From an uncultured Oscillospiraceae bacterium (GTDB taxonomy: Bacteria > Bacillota > Clostridia > Peptostreptococcales > Anaerovoracaceae), in assembly GCA_964370075.1 (NCBI GenBank), contig CAYJHC010000001.1, positions 170 to 64,169 of the forward strand: a DNA stretch of 64,000 nt, written 5' to 3'. Position 1 is the first letter of the stretch; the number at the start of each line of letters is the position of its first letter. Below are positions 19,601 through 27,988 of this stretch, one piece after another. The notes beneath the pieces were generated by a model. That model made no database searches. It had not been told where the DNA came from and saw only the letters and a program-made list of their open reading frames with translations. Position numbers and translations under genes: made by a program.

Positions 19601-20265
19601 TTTCTATAATTAACAATTCTTCTGAAGGAAAGCATAGGGATGGAGATAAAGCTGTAATTCTAGGAATAATTAATAAAGTGAAAACTATAATAACAAAGAA
19701 TAATAGAACTATGGCCTTTCTTGAAGTAGAGGATCTTACGGGAATTATGGAAGTAATTGTTTTTTATAGAACTTATGAACAATATCAAAGTCAAATTAAG
19801 GAAGACAGTGTGGTTATTATTACGGGAACGGTCAGCATGAAAGGTGATGAAGCTCCCAAAGTTCTTGCAAATGAAATTGGAGGTCTTGACGAGATAAGTC
19901 AAAGAAATTTAATAAAAGAAAACAAAGGTAAAGAGTACAACATTAAGGCAGATAAAAATGTAGGAAGGCATGACGAAAAATTCACTTCTAGAAAAAATAT
20001 TGAAAGATCTATTAATTTGGAAGGTGCGGTTGAACAGCAAGAGCCAATGCCTCTAGTTAAAATTAAAATAGATGATGAGAGAAACTTTGAAACTGTAAGG
20101 AATATTTTGCAGGAAAATAAAGGTGATGTACAGGTAATACTTTATTTACCTAATAAAAAAACTTTAATGGCTAACAAGGAAATGAATGTAAACCCAACAG
20201 AAGAATTTTTGCATAAATTGAGTAAGTTGCTAGGCCGAGAAAACATAAAAGTGGAAAATCTCTAA
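16615..20265 (+). CDS. dnaE: DNA polymerase III alpha subunit, DnaE type
   Basis: ATG 16615 gives MAFTHLHLHSEYSLLDGA. PHP motifs, palm motif PDIDIDF, fingers, HhH, OB and a C-terminal extension are present. The track ORF start at 16576 is probably too early. Confidence 0.94.
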   Translation: MAFTHLHLHSEYSLLDGAARIKDVVSRAKELGMTAIGITDHGNMFGVINFYQECRTQKIKPILGCEVYTARRDRFSKDAARDGTQGHLVLLAYNNIGYKNLMKIVSAGFLEGFYYKPRVDKELLRENSEGIIALSACLAGDITSKLLYGDYAGAKKEAIELIEIFGKENFFIEIQDHGLEEQALTNPELIKLSKELGVGLVATNDVHYVKKEDAEAQDLLLCIQTAKTIDDADRMRFPNDEFYLKSEDEMRKLFINIPEACDNTALIADRCNVEIDFKSLHLPDFQSPEGYSNNEYLRKLCGQGLSERYFLNQQVSDERKDFLEERLEMELSVIEKMGYVEYFLVVWDFIDYAKKNGIMVGTGRGSAAGSIVSYVLKITDIDPIEYNLIFERFLNPERVSMPDIDIDFCIERRQEVIDYVKGKYGEDKVALIITFGTLAARAGIRDVGRALNISYAEVDAVAKAVPEAPGMTIGKALAMSPDLKKKYDYEENARKMIDLALALEGIPKNSSTHAAGVVISKEPISEYVPLYNGGKGTATQFTMSTIEELGLLKMDFLGLRNLTIIRNTIELVEKSQGKKIDLENLELNDSETYKTISDGNTQGIFQLESQGMTQFMKNLKPNCIEDIIAGISLYRPGPMDYIPSYIENKKNPEGIRYLHESLKPILEVTYGCIVYQEQVMQIVRELAGYSYGRSDLMRRAMGKKKMDVMLKEKENFIFGLPEEGVDGCVKRGVPKHIAEEIFNNMVSFAEYAFNKSHAAAYAVIGYQTAYLKTHYPCEFMAALMTSVMGRPEKVAMYIRNAKEMGIEVLPPDVNESELGFSAKNGKIRFGLKGIKGVGENSIISIIEKRNKDGRSKDLAQFISNLDTKTTNKKSLESLIKAGALDSLNPNRAQSLVVYEKLLESAQNVNKKNVEGQISMFQLNSDVMEDVSASVNMPDISPFTDQILGLMEKEMTGIYITAHPLDKYKEEMNNLATLYAEDIMDNLDDEETVENEISIINNSSEGKHRDGDKAVILGIINKVKTIITKNNRTMAFLEVEDLTGIMEVIVFYRTYEQYQSQIKEDSVVIITGTVSMKGDEAPKVLANEIGGLDEISQRNLIKENKGKEYNIKADKNVGRHDEKFTSRKNIERSINLEGAVEQQEPMPLVKIKIDDERNFETVRNILQENKGDVQVILYLPNKKTLMANKEMNVNPTEEFLHKLSKLLGRENIKVENL

Positions 20266-20395
20266 ATAAGAGCGTCTTGCAAAAAAATGATTATAGAGAA
20301 TAGTAAAATGAAAAGGTTAACTCTAGGAAGAGTAAAGACAGAAACATTAAACTAAGTTAAGATGTGCAGAAGAGATTTGCAGAAAGGCGGTATAT

Positions 20396-21358
20396 ATGAA
20401 AAGAGTAGGGATTTTAACAAGTGGGGGAGATTCTCCGGGAATGAATGCTACGATTAGGGCCTTAGTGCGTGCAGGCGATTTTGAGGGCTTTGAGATGATT
20501 GGAATCAATCGAGGTTATGAAGGGTTAATTGATACTGACTTTGTTAAAATGGATCTAAGAGCAGTAGGAGGAATTCTCCATAGGGGAGGCACTATTTTAA
20601 AAACTTCAAGAAGTGATAGGTTCAGAACCGAAGAAGGCCAGAAACAAGCTGTTGAAAATTTGCATAACTATCAAATAGATGCTCTAGTAGTAATTGGTGG
20701 AGAGGGTTCAATGAAAGGTGCTTTAGAACTTTGCAAAAAAGGCATTACCTGCATTGTATTACCAGGGACGATTGATAATGATATGGGATACACAGATTAT
20801 ACAATAGGGTTTGATACTGCAGTTAACACTGTTTTGTCTGGGATTTCAAATATTAGAGATACTGCATCTTCCCATGGAAGAGCAACATTGGTAGAAGTTA
20901 TGGGCAGAAGGTGTGGTGACTTAGCCCTCTATGCAGGGCTTGCTGGTGGTGCTGACGCAATTTTAATTCCTGAAATACCAGTAGACCTAGATAGTATGTG
21001 TGAAAAGCTAAAAGAAGGGAAGGATAGGGGGAAAACTCATAGTTTTATAATTAAGGCAGAGGGTGTTACTGTTTCTAACGAAGAAATTGAAAAAGCCATA
21101 CTTGAAAAAGTGGGACAGAAGACTAATACTATTGTCCTTTCTTATTTGCAAAGAGGAGGTTCTCCAACAGCAGAAGACAGATTGAGAGGGAGTTTGATGG
21201 CGGTTAAAGCAATTAAGCTAATTGAAAAGGAACAGGGATCTTTGGCTGTGGGGATTTCTGGGAATCAAGTTATTTCTATGGATTTAGAAGAAGCTTCAAC
21301 GATTACAAAAGAAGCAGATTTAGAAAAGTTAGCAATAATGGATATGCTGTCAAAATAG
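20396..21358 (+). CDS. pfkA: ATP-dependent 6-phosphofructokinase
   Basis: GILTSGGDSPGMNA, IGGEGS, PGTIDND and MGR motifs. dnaE-pfkA adjacency is common in Firmicutes. Confidence 0.94.
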   Translation: MKRVGILTSGGDSPGMNATIRALVRAGDFEGFEMIGINRGYEGLIDTDFVKMDLRAVGGILHRGGTILKTSRSDRFRTEEGQKQAVENLHNYQIDALVVIGGEGSMKGALELCKKGITCIVLPGTIDNDMGYTDYTIGFDTAVNTVLSGISNIRDTASSHGRATLVEVMGRRCGDLALYAGLAGGADAILIPEIPVDLDSMCEKLKEGKDRGKTHSFIIKAEGVTVSNEEIEKAILEKVGQKTNTIVLSYLQRGGSPTAEDRLRGSLMAVKAIKLIEKEQGSLAVGISGNQVISMDLEEASTITKEADLEKLAIMDMLSK

Positions 21359-21381
21359 GAAATGTTAAAATCAGCGTACCC

Positions 21382-21406
21382 TTTGAAATATAGAATCTAT
21401 TTCAAA
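21382..21406. terminator. Weak AT-rich hairpin between convergent pfkA and dinB
   Basis: 9-bp stem TTTGAAATA / TATTTCAAA with a 7-nt loop. It has only one G-C pair, so strength is doubtful. Confidence 0.35.
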
Positions 21407-21416
21407 ACTTTAGGCT

Positions 21417-22742
21417 TTAATCTTCGTCAATGTGGTGTTTACCAGAAATTCCAATGTCATTATTAATTAAACTGCCAAAGGTAAGGGAAGTATCTCCAAA
21501 CTTTGTCCTGATTGAATCTAAAGTTTTATTTACAGATTCTTTTTTCTCTTTTTTTTCATTGTCCTCATCCCAGAAACTTAATTGTTCATTAGTATTTTCA
21601 TCTATAAGGTTTATTGCTGTAAGAGTTATAAGCCTTATAGGTTTTTTAATATCCCAGTTGTCCAGAATTAATTGTAAGGCTGCTAGATAAATATCTTCTT
21701 GAGAATTAGAACTACTTGTCAACTGTTTTTGCCTGGCAATAGTAATGAAGCTTGGATCTTTAATGTCAACCTTTACCCCTAAAGCTTTTAACTGATGCTT
21801 CCTAAGCCTTGCACAGACTTGGTCTGCAAGTCCTAGTAAAGCTATTTTAATATCAGCTTCGCCTTTAAGATTTCTAGTAAATGTCATACCATTTCCTATG
21901 GTCCCAATTTTTTTCTTTTCAGATAAGTGTGAAACAGGATCTTTATCTAAACCATTTGCATACTCGAACAACTGAACCCCTGACTTTCCAAAATTTTTAT
22001 ACAAGAAAGAAGGCTCTAGTACAGCTAAATCTCCGATGGTGGTAACTCCTATCTTGTTTAGGTTTTCGGCTGTTTTTTTTCCAACGAAAAATAATTCTTT
22101 TACAGGTAATGGCCAAAGAATTGTTTTGAAATTACGTGGTGAAATTAAAGTGGTTGCGTTAGGTTTTTTATACTCGCTACCCATTTTAGCAAACACCTTG
22201 CTAAAGGACACTCCTATAGAAAGGGTAAGGCCTAATTCGGAGCGGACAGTTTTTCTAATATGGTCTCCAATAGCAGATCCTACAATTAACTTTTTTTCAA
22301 AAGAAATGGAGCTTTTTGTATTTATTCTTTGTAATAAATCAAACTCTTTGTAAGCGAAAAGTATTTCTTTTATATCTTTATCTTGAGAGAAAAAAGAGAT
22401 ACTATTTGTTACATCTAGCCAAGATTCATCAATACTGAATGGTTCTACAAAATCTGTGTATCTTTCAAATATTTTGTTAATAGATTTAGACATTTCTTTG
22501 TACTTATACATATGTGGTTTTAGAGTTTTCAAGTTTGGACATTTTTTTTTAGCTTGCCAAAGAGTTTCACCTGTAGTGATTTTGTATTTCTTTGCAATTT
22601 CGTTTTTTGCTAATATTATTCCGTGCCTGTTCTTTGGGTTACCACATACGGCAACTGGCTCTTGGATTAAATCTGGGTGTTCCAAAAGCTCAACAGAGGC
22701 ATAAAATGAATTCATATCGCAGTGTAAAATTATTTTTTCCAT
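21417..22742 (-). CDS. dinB: Y-family translesion DNA polymerase (DinB/YqjW-like)
   Basis: ILHCDMNSFYASVE, SIDESWLDVT, SIGVS..K.FAK..S..KKPN motifs and a little-finger domain. A ~30-aa insertion follows the DVT motif. Confidence 0.88.
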   Translation of the reverse strand: MEKIILHCDMNSFYASVELLEHPDLIQEPVAVCGNPKNRHGIILAKNEIAKKYKITTGETLWQAKKKCPNLKTLKPHMYKYKEMSKSINKIFERYTDFVEPFSIDESWLDVTNSISFFSQDKDIKEILFAYKEFDLLQRINTKSSISFEKKLIVGSAIGDHIRKTVRSELGLTLSIGVSFSKVFAKMGSEYKKPNATTLISPRNFKTILWPLPVKELFFVGKKTAENLNKIGVTTIGDLAVLEPSFLYKNFGKSGVQLFEYANGLDKDPVSHLSEKKKIGTIGNGMTFTRNLKGEADIKIALLGLADQVCARLRKHQLKALGVKVDIKDPSFITIARQKQLTSSSNSQEDIYLAALQLILDNWDIKKPIRLITLTAINLIDENTNEQLSFWDEDNEKKEKKESVNKTLDSIRTKFGDTSLTFGSLINNDIGISGKHHIDED

Positions 22743-22856
22743 GTTTTTATTATATCATAGGGGAACTGTTCCTTAAACTGAGAAGTGATTTTTTACTAGA
22801 AAAATTAGGAAAAATAAGTTATAATTAATATGTTAGAGAACTAAGGAGGAAGATCA

Positions 22857-23255
22857 ATGAATGTAATGGTCTGTGTTACACAACAAAAATCATGCGAAAG
22901 ATTAATACTAGAGGGACAAAGAAAATTAGAAATCGGCAAATCAGAATTATATATAATCCATGTTGCGTCAAAGAAAAATAGGTTTTTGAATAGCGATGTG
23001 GAGGTAGAAGCTTTAGACTACTTATATGACAAGGCACAGGAAATTGGAGCGAATCTAACTGTTATAAGGGCAAATAATGTTCTAGAAACTTTATTAAATT
23101 TAGTTCATAAAAATAGGATTAAACATATTATTATGGGGACTTCAGGAAAAGTAGAGAAAGAAGTAGGTCTTGTTGAAGCGTTTCAGCAAAGAGTTGATAG
23201 CATTGCCGAAATTACTTTTGTTCCGCCAGAGGAAGTTAAGGAGGAAGTAAGTTAA
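22857..23255 (+). CDS. Universal stress protein-like domain protein (KdpD-USP-like)
   Basis: VMVCVTQQKSCERLI...IIHV...IIMGTSGK pattern of the USP/adenine-nucleotide alpha-hydrolase fold. Confidence 0.65.
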   Translation: MNVMVCVTQQKSCERLILEGQRKLEIGKSELYIIHVASKKNRFLNSDVEVEALDYLYDKAQEIGANLTVIRANNVLETLLNLVHKNRIKHIIMGTSGKVEKEVGLVEAFQQRVDSIAEITFVPPEEVKEEVS

Positions 23256-23863
23256 TGGGAATTATTACTCTGTTTACAGGGTTGCTAGTTATTTTAGCAG
23301 GAATTTTTACTATAGCTAACACAGGAAGTACGGTAGCATCAATTGCTTTTATTCTTGGAATTACCGTAATTCTGTTAGGTATAGTTATGCTTATAGGATA
23401 TTTCATAGGATCAAGGTACAGAACGAGGATCAAACATAACTGGGTTTTGGTAGATAGTATTGTAGCAATTATTATTGGAGTTGTACTTCTAGGAAATCTA
23501 GTTACAGCAGAAATAGTAGTGCCATATTTACTAGCCATGTGGGTTATTTATTCGGGCATACAAAGAGTTGTAGCTGCTACGCATATAGATTTAAGTGAAA
23601 AGAAAACAAATTTTATAGCTGCTTTGGGAATCGGTTTATTACTAACAGTCGTTGGATGTTTATCATTCTTTAACCCACTGCTAAGTCTAGCATCTCAGAC
23701 AGAACTTATTGGGATGTTTTTAATCGTACAAGGTATTGCTGCAGTAGAGTTGGGGATTAATAGCCCACATAGCAAAAAGAAGGTTTCTGACGAAATTTCA
23801 AATGAAACGACCGATGAAAACTCAAATGGCATTGATGACGAAAAGGTCTTGGAAAAGGAGTAA
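23255..23863 (+). CDS. HdeD/DUF308-family membrane protein
   Basis: Six predicted TM helices with the repeated G..L...GI pattern and an acidic C-tail. The start overlaps the upstream stop (TAATG). Confidence 0.65.
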   Translation: MGIITLFTGLLVILAGIFTIANTGSTVASIAFILGITVILLGIVMLIGYFIGSRYRTRIKHNWVLVDSIVAIIIGVVLLGNLVTAEIVVPYLLAMWVIYSGIQRVVAATHIDLSEKKTNFIAALGIGLLLTVVGCLSFFNPLLSLASQTELIGMFLIVQGIAAVELGINSPHSKKKVSDEISNETTDENSNGIDDEKVLEKE

Positions 23864-23866
23864 TGA

Positions 23867-25039
23867 ATGTTTGATGTGGTTATAGTTGGAGGCGGAGCTT
23901 CAGGACTAGTTACTGCAATTTCAATTTCTAACAATAATAGTAATGCAAGTATTGCTATTATTGAAAAAAATGAAATACTTGGGAAGAAGATATATGCAAC
24001 TGGCAACGGTAGATGCAACTTAACAAACAGTAATTGTGAAGGGGCTAAGGAAACTGTTGCTTTCTTTAATTCCATTGGGATATTAACAATGGAAGAAGAA
24101 GAGGGGAGAATATACCCAAATTCAGAAAACGCAAAGGATGTAGTTGAAGCTCTTGAAAACCAAATAAAGTTTAGAAATATTAAAGTATTTAAAGGGAGTT
24201 TTGTAGAAAAAATTGAAAAGATGGATGAAAGTTTTCATGTTTTTTCAACTGATACAAAGGCGAGGAAAAAAGAAATAACAAGAGGAAAATGTTTGGTTAT
24301 TGCTATGGGAGGAAAGGCGGCTCCTGCTCATGGAACAGTTGGCGATGGATATAGGCTTGCAAGAAATTTGGGGCACCAGATTACTCCTATTGTTCCAGCC
24401 TTAACTCCTATAGAGTGTGAGGGAGATTTTGCGGAATTAAAAGGCCTTCGCCTAAATTGCAAGTTAAGTATATTGGATGATAAATTAATGTTTTTTTCTG
24501 AAAAAGGGCAGGTTCAATTTATTAAAGACGGAATTTCAGGAATAGTTGCCTTTAATGGAAGCCATCACATAAAAAAGGATATGTCAAAGCTTATTGTTCA
24601 TATTGACCCATTGCCAAACTTAAGCTATGAAGAAGTTGTTAAGTTGCTAGAAGAAAGGAAAAATATAAAATTTTTTAGAGTAGAAAACTTACTTCTTTCT
24701 ATTGTTGATAATAAGTTAGGGCGGTTAATATTAAAGAATAGTGAGCTTATAGCGGAGGATCTAGCAACTACATTAAAAATAGAGGATCTTAAAAACTTGG
24801 CTAAATTAATAAAGAATGTCGAATTTCCAATTAAAGGTCTAAAAGGTTGGAAGGAAGCACAGGTTACACGCGGAGGTATAGATATAAAGGAAGTTGATTT
24901 AAGCACCATGGAATCAAAGATAGTAAGCAATCTCTACTTTGTAGGGGAAATATTAGATTTACAAGGTTACTGTGGAGGCTACAACCTGCAAATTGCATGG
25001 GAAACAGGATTAAGAGTAGGTAAGAATTTTGGAAAATAA
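23867..25039 (+). CDS. HI0933/YhiN-like FAD-dependent oxidoreductase (aminoacetone oxidase/BaiN family)
   Basis: DVVIVGGGASGL dinucleotide fold, GNGRCNLTN signature and C-terminal FVGEILD..G.CGGYNLQ.A. Confidence 0.85.
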   Translation: MFDVVIVGGGASGLVTAISISNNNSNASIAIIEKNEILGKKIYATGNGRCNLTNSNCEGAKETVAFFNSIGILTMEEEEGRIYPNSENAKDVVEALENQIKFRNIKVFKGSFVEKIEKMDESFHVFSTDTKARKKEITRGKCLVIAMGGKAAPAHGTVGDGYRLARNLGHQITPIVPALTPIECEGDFAELKGLRLNCKLSILDDKLMFFSEKGQVQFIKDGISGIVAFNGSHHIKKDMSKLIVHIDPLPNLSYEEVVKLLEERKNIKFFRVENLLLSIVDNKLGRLILKNSELIAEDLATTLKIEDLKNLAKLIKNVEFPIKGLKGWKEAQVTRGGIDIKEVDLSTMESKIVSNLYFVGEILDLQGYCGGYNLQIAWETGLRVGKNFGK

Positions 25040-26558
25040 TAGATATAGAATTAGTGAAATAAAGCTTAGCTTAAATGAAAGCGTGGATGAAATTCCAAAT
25101 AAAATAAAAGAAAAAAAAGGCAAGTGGATTGACATATTAAATTGGGAAATTGTAAAAGAGTCTATAGATGCGCGAAAGAAATCTGATATTAGGCTGATTT
25201 ATACTGTCGACTTTGAAACTAGCTGTCAGTTAAAATTACCATTAGCAAAAAAAGAAGAAATTATTTATAGCAACAATAAGGTAAAGTCAATTAATGAGGA
25301 AGAAAGGCCAGTTATTATTGGATTTGGTCCAGCTGGAATGTTTGCAGCGTTGGCTTTAGCAGAAATGGGATTAAAACCTATTATATTGGAACGGGGGAAG
25401 ATGGCAGAAGAACGGGCTAAAGATGTTAAGCTTTTTTTTGAAGAGGGAATTTTAAACACAGAATCAAATGTTCAATTTGGAGAAGGTGGAGCAGGAACAT
25501 TTTCAGATGGAAAGCTTACTACTGGCATAAAAGATAAAAGAATACAAGTTGTGCTAAATCAACTTTATCAAGCAGGTGCAAGTAAGGAAATACTTTATAA
25601 GCAAAAGCCCCATGTAGGTACTGATGTTTTAATTAAGGTTGTTAAGAATATTAGAGAAAATATTCTTAAATTAGGTGGAGACATTAGATTTAACTCAAAA
25701 GCAACGAAAATACTTGTTGAAGAAGATAGCGTTTCTGGAGTTGAATATGTAAATGAGGGGAAATCCTTCATATTAAAAACTAATCACCTAATTATGGCCA
25801 CAGGCCAAAGTGCAGTTGACTCTTATAAAATGATGGAAAAAATTGGAATGGAACTGGGGCAAAAACCATTTTCTATGGGCGTTAGGGTTGTTCACCCTCA
25901 AAAAATGATAGATAAAGCTCAATATGGAAATGAAAAACTCGCAATAAAACTAGGTGCCGCTGAATATAAACTTTCTCATAAAGGAAAGAATGGTAGAGGA
26001 GTTTATACTTTTTGTATGTGCCCTGGAGGAGAAGTAATTATGGCATCGAGTGGGGAAGGGGAAGTGGTTACTAATGGAATGAGTAATAGCAGGAGAAATA
26101 GCCCTTATGCAAATAGTGCGGTTTTAGTTGATGTACGAGTTGATGACTTTGGAAGTCCTGATCCATTAGCAGGGCTGGCATACAGAAATAAATTTGAAAA
26201 GAAAGCCTATGAAATTTCTGGCAAAGCCTATAAACCTTTAAGGTCTACCTGGGGGGAATTTAAGAAAAAAGAAAATATATTTGCAGAAGCCCTACCTACC
26301 TTTGTAATTGAAGGCATACAGGAAGCTATACCTGAATTTGGAAAAAAAATAGCTGACTTTGATAGTGAAGATATTATTTTTCTAGGAATTGAAAGTAGAA
26401 GTTCTTCACCTGTAAGAGTCTTTAGGGATGAAAATAAAGAATCTAATATTAAAGGTATTTACCCAGCGGGGGAAGGTGCTGGAGCCGCAGGGGGAATTAC
26501 ATCAGCAGCGGTTGATGGGTTAAAAATAGCCGAGAATATTAGGAAAAGTTTTGAATAA
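25029..26558 (+). CDS. FAD-dependent protein (COG2509-like NAD(FAD)-utilising dehydrogenase)
   Basis: VIIGFGPAGMFAAL Rossmann motif, FCMCPGG and YPAGEGAGAAGGI signatures. The TTG start overlaps the upstream gene by 11 nt. Confidence 0.8.
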   Translation: MENNRYRISEIKLSLNESVDEIPNKIKEKKGKWIDILNWEIVKESIDARKKSDIRLIYTVDFETSCQLKLPLAKKEEIIYSNNKVKSINEEERPVIIGFGPAGMFAALALAEMGLKPIILERGKMAEERAKDVKLFFEEGILNTESNVQFGEGGAGTFSDGKLTTGIKDKRIQVVLNQLYQAGASKEILYKQKPHVGTDVLIKVVKNIRENILKLGGDIRFNSKATKILVEEDSVSGVEYVNEGKSFILKTNHLIMATGQSAVDSYKMMEKIGMELGQKPFSMGVRVVHPQKMIDKAQYGNEKLAIKLGAAEYKLSHKGKNGRGVYTFCMCPGGEVIMASSGEGEVVTNGMSNSRRNSPYANSAVLVDVRVDDFGSPDPLAGLAYRNKFEKKAYEISGKAYKPLRSTWGEFKKKENIFAEALPTFVIEGIQEAIPEFGKKIADFDSEDIIFLGIESRSSSPVRVFRDENKESNIKGIYPAGEGAGAAGGITSAAVDGLKIAENIRKSFE

Positions 26559-26716
26559 AAATCAAATGGCATGCTTGGAATCATGCACATTTCATGATTC
26601 TAAAACACGTCTCTCGTGGATTTTGCTGTAATTACAAAATTCCAACTCAACTTCAAAGAGTTTTAATGTGCTTTGAAATAAAGACAAACAAGCTACCTTT
26701 TTTGTTAATCTTAAAC

Positions 26717-26743
26717 TGACGCTTTACGGCGTCATTTTATTTT
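26717..26743 (+). terminator. Orphan terminator-like hairpin 160 nt downstream of the nearest stop codon
   Basis: TGACGC-TTTACG-GCGTCA followed by TTTTATTTT. Confidence 0.45.
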
Positions 26744-26854
26744 GAAAAAATTATAAATATATACATGATAAATTGCAATTGTATATTTTTCTTTATTGGT
26801 GACTCCCATAGAGGGATAGTAATCTAACATTTTTAATTAAAATAAAAAAACATA

Positions 26855-26883
26855 TTGACAAGAAAGAAAGAATAGGGTATATT
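26855..26883 (+). promoter_or_regulatory. Strong sigmaA-type promoter of the DUF2325-DUF3793-flavodoxin unit
   Basis: TTGACA (26855-26860), 17-nt spacer, TATATT (26878-26883), with an upstream A/T-rich UP-like tract. Confidence 0.65.
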
Positions 26884-26911
26884 TAAGTTAGTTAGCGACA
26901 ACTAACTTAAA
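26882..26911. promoter_or_regulatory. Operator-like perfect inverted repeat overlapping the -10/TSS
   Basis: TTTAAGTTAGTT-agcgac-AACTAACTTAAA: 12-bp perfect arms with a 6-nt spacer, starting inside the -10 hexamer. Confidence 0.5.
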
Positions 26912-26970
26912 GTGATGAAAGAATCACAATTAAACTAAATGCAATGAGACATTAAAAAATGCATGTTACG

Positions 26971-26984
26971 TTAGTTTAAACTAA
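26971..26984. promoter_or_regulatory. Second palindrome with the same TTAGTT/AACTAA half-sites in the 5' UTR
   Basis: TTAGTTTAAACTAA is a perfect 14-nt palindrome 32 nt upstream of ATG 27016. Confidence 0.35.
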
Positions 26985-27015
26985 GAAAATATTTAGTAGA
27001 AAGAAGGGGAAAATT

Positions 27016-27291
27016 ATGAGTGTTGCAATAATTGGTGGAAATGAACGTATGGCTCGTCAATATGAAGAAATTTGTAAGGAACATAACTGGGAAGCTTCTA
27101 TTTTTACAAAACCAAAAGGAATGAAAAGCAAAAAAGGTAAACCAGATATGGTAATACTATTTACAAATACTGTTTCCCATAAAATGATTGAGATGGCAAA
27201 GGCTTCATTTATGGCCCATAACCCTGTAGTTGTAAGATCACATTCAAGCTCAGCTTCTTCGTTGAAGAAAATATTGACCGCGTATGCTTAA
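27016..27291 (+). CDS. DUF2325-like small protein (91 aa), unknown function
   Basis: Pattern VAIIGG...Y..I....G......D.VILFT..VSHKM matches my recollection of the DUF2325 family. Good SD (GAAGGGGA). Confidence 0.6.
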   Translation: MSVAIIGGNERMARQYEEICKEHNWEASIFTKPKGMKSKKGKPDMVILFTNTVSHKMIEMAKASFMAHNPVVVRSHSSSASSLKKILTAYA

Positions 27292-27308
27292 GTTGGGAGG
27301 GGATTCTA

Positions 27309-27857
27309 ATTTCAGTTAAAAATATAGTAGCACATTGTGCACCAACCTTGGCTGGACATAAAATAGGGAATTTGTTTTCTTGCCGTTTTTCTTCTGAAAA
27401 AGAGTTAAACCGAAAAATAATTGAAAATAATAACCTTTTGAATGAGAAAGGTGTTAGAATTCAAGTCCTAAAAATATCTGGGGACTGGGCATTAATATAT
27501 GTATACAGAGAAAAAGGGCTAAAGAAGACTTTAGGAACACCGAAAGTTCAAGATTTTCTTAGAAGCTGTGGATATGAATCGATGGAGTTAAGTGATTGTA
27601 TTGAAGTGCTTAAATCTCACCTAAGAGAAGAGGAGTTTCCTCATGAGATTGGAGCTTTCTTAAATTATCCGATTGAAGACATAGTAGCTTTTATTCAGAA
27701 TCAAGGCAAAAACTACAAATGTGTTGGTGATTGGAAGGTATATGAAAATGAAGAAGAGGCAAAGAGAACCTTTGACCTTTATGATAAGTGCAAAAAAATC
27801 TATTGTCAAAAATTGTTGGAGGGTTTGGATATTACTCGCCTAACAGTAGGAGGATAA
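27309..27857 (+). CDS. DUF3793-like protein, apparently with an AUU start
   Basis: The conserved N-terminal HCAPTLAG motif lies upstream of the first canonical start (TTG 27348, no SD). GGGAGG at 27295-27300 lies 8 nt before ATT 27309. Confidence 0.6.
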   Translation: MSVKNIVAHCAPTLAGHKIGNLFSCRFSSEKELNRKIIENNNLLNEKGVRIQVLKISGDWALIYVYREKGLKKTLGTPKVQDFLRSCGYESMELSDCIEVLKSHLREEEFPHEIGAFLNYPIEDIVAFIQNQGKNYKCVGDWKVYENEEEAKRTFDLYDKCKKIYCQKLLEGLDITRLTVGG

Positions 27858-27988
27858 AAAGGTTAGTAAACTGAACCTAGGTTTAGAAAATACTGATTTA
27901 GAGAAAACCAAATAGCTAGAGGAAAATTTTGGTTTAGACTATGGTTTAAATAACAATTTTGTTTATTATATTAAAAAAGGAGAAAAAA

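Noticed and set aside
26760-26790. Possible Fur box (TGATAAATTGCAATTGTA) upstream of the flavodoxin cluster.
   Set aside because: Only one TGATAA half-site is present. The second half does not match TTATCA, and it lies about 90 nt upstream of the -35 element. AT-rich palindromes of this quality are common here.
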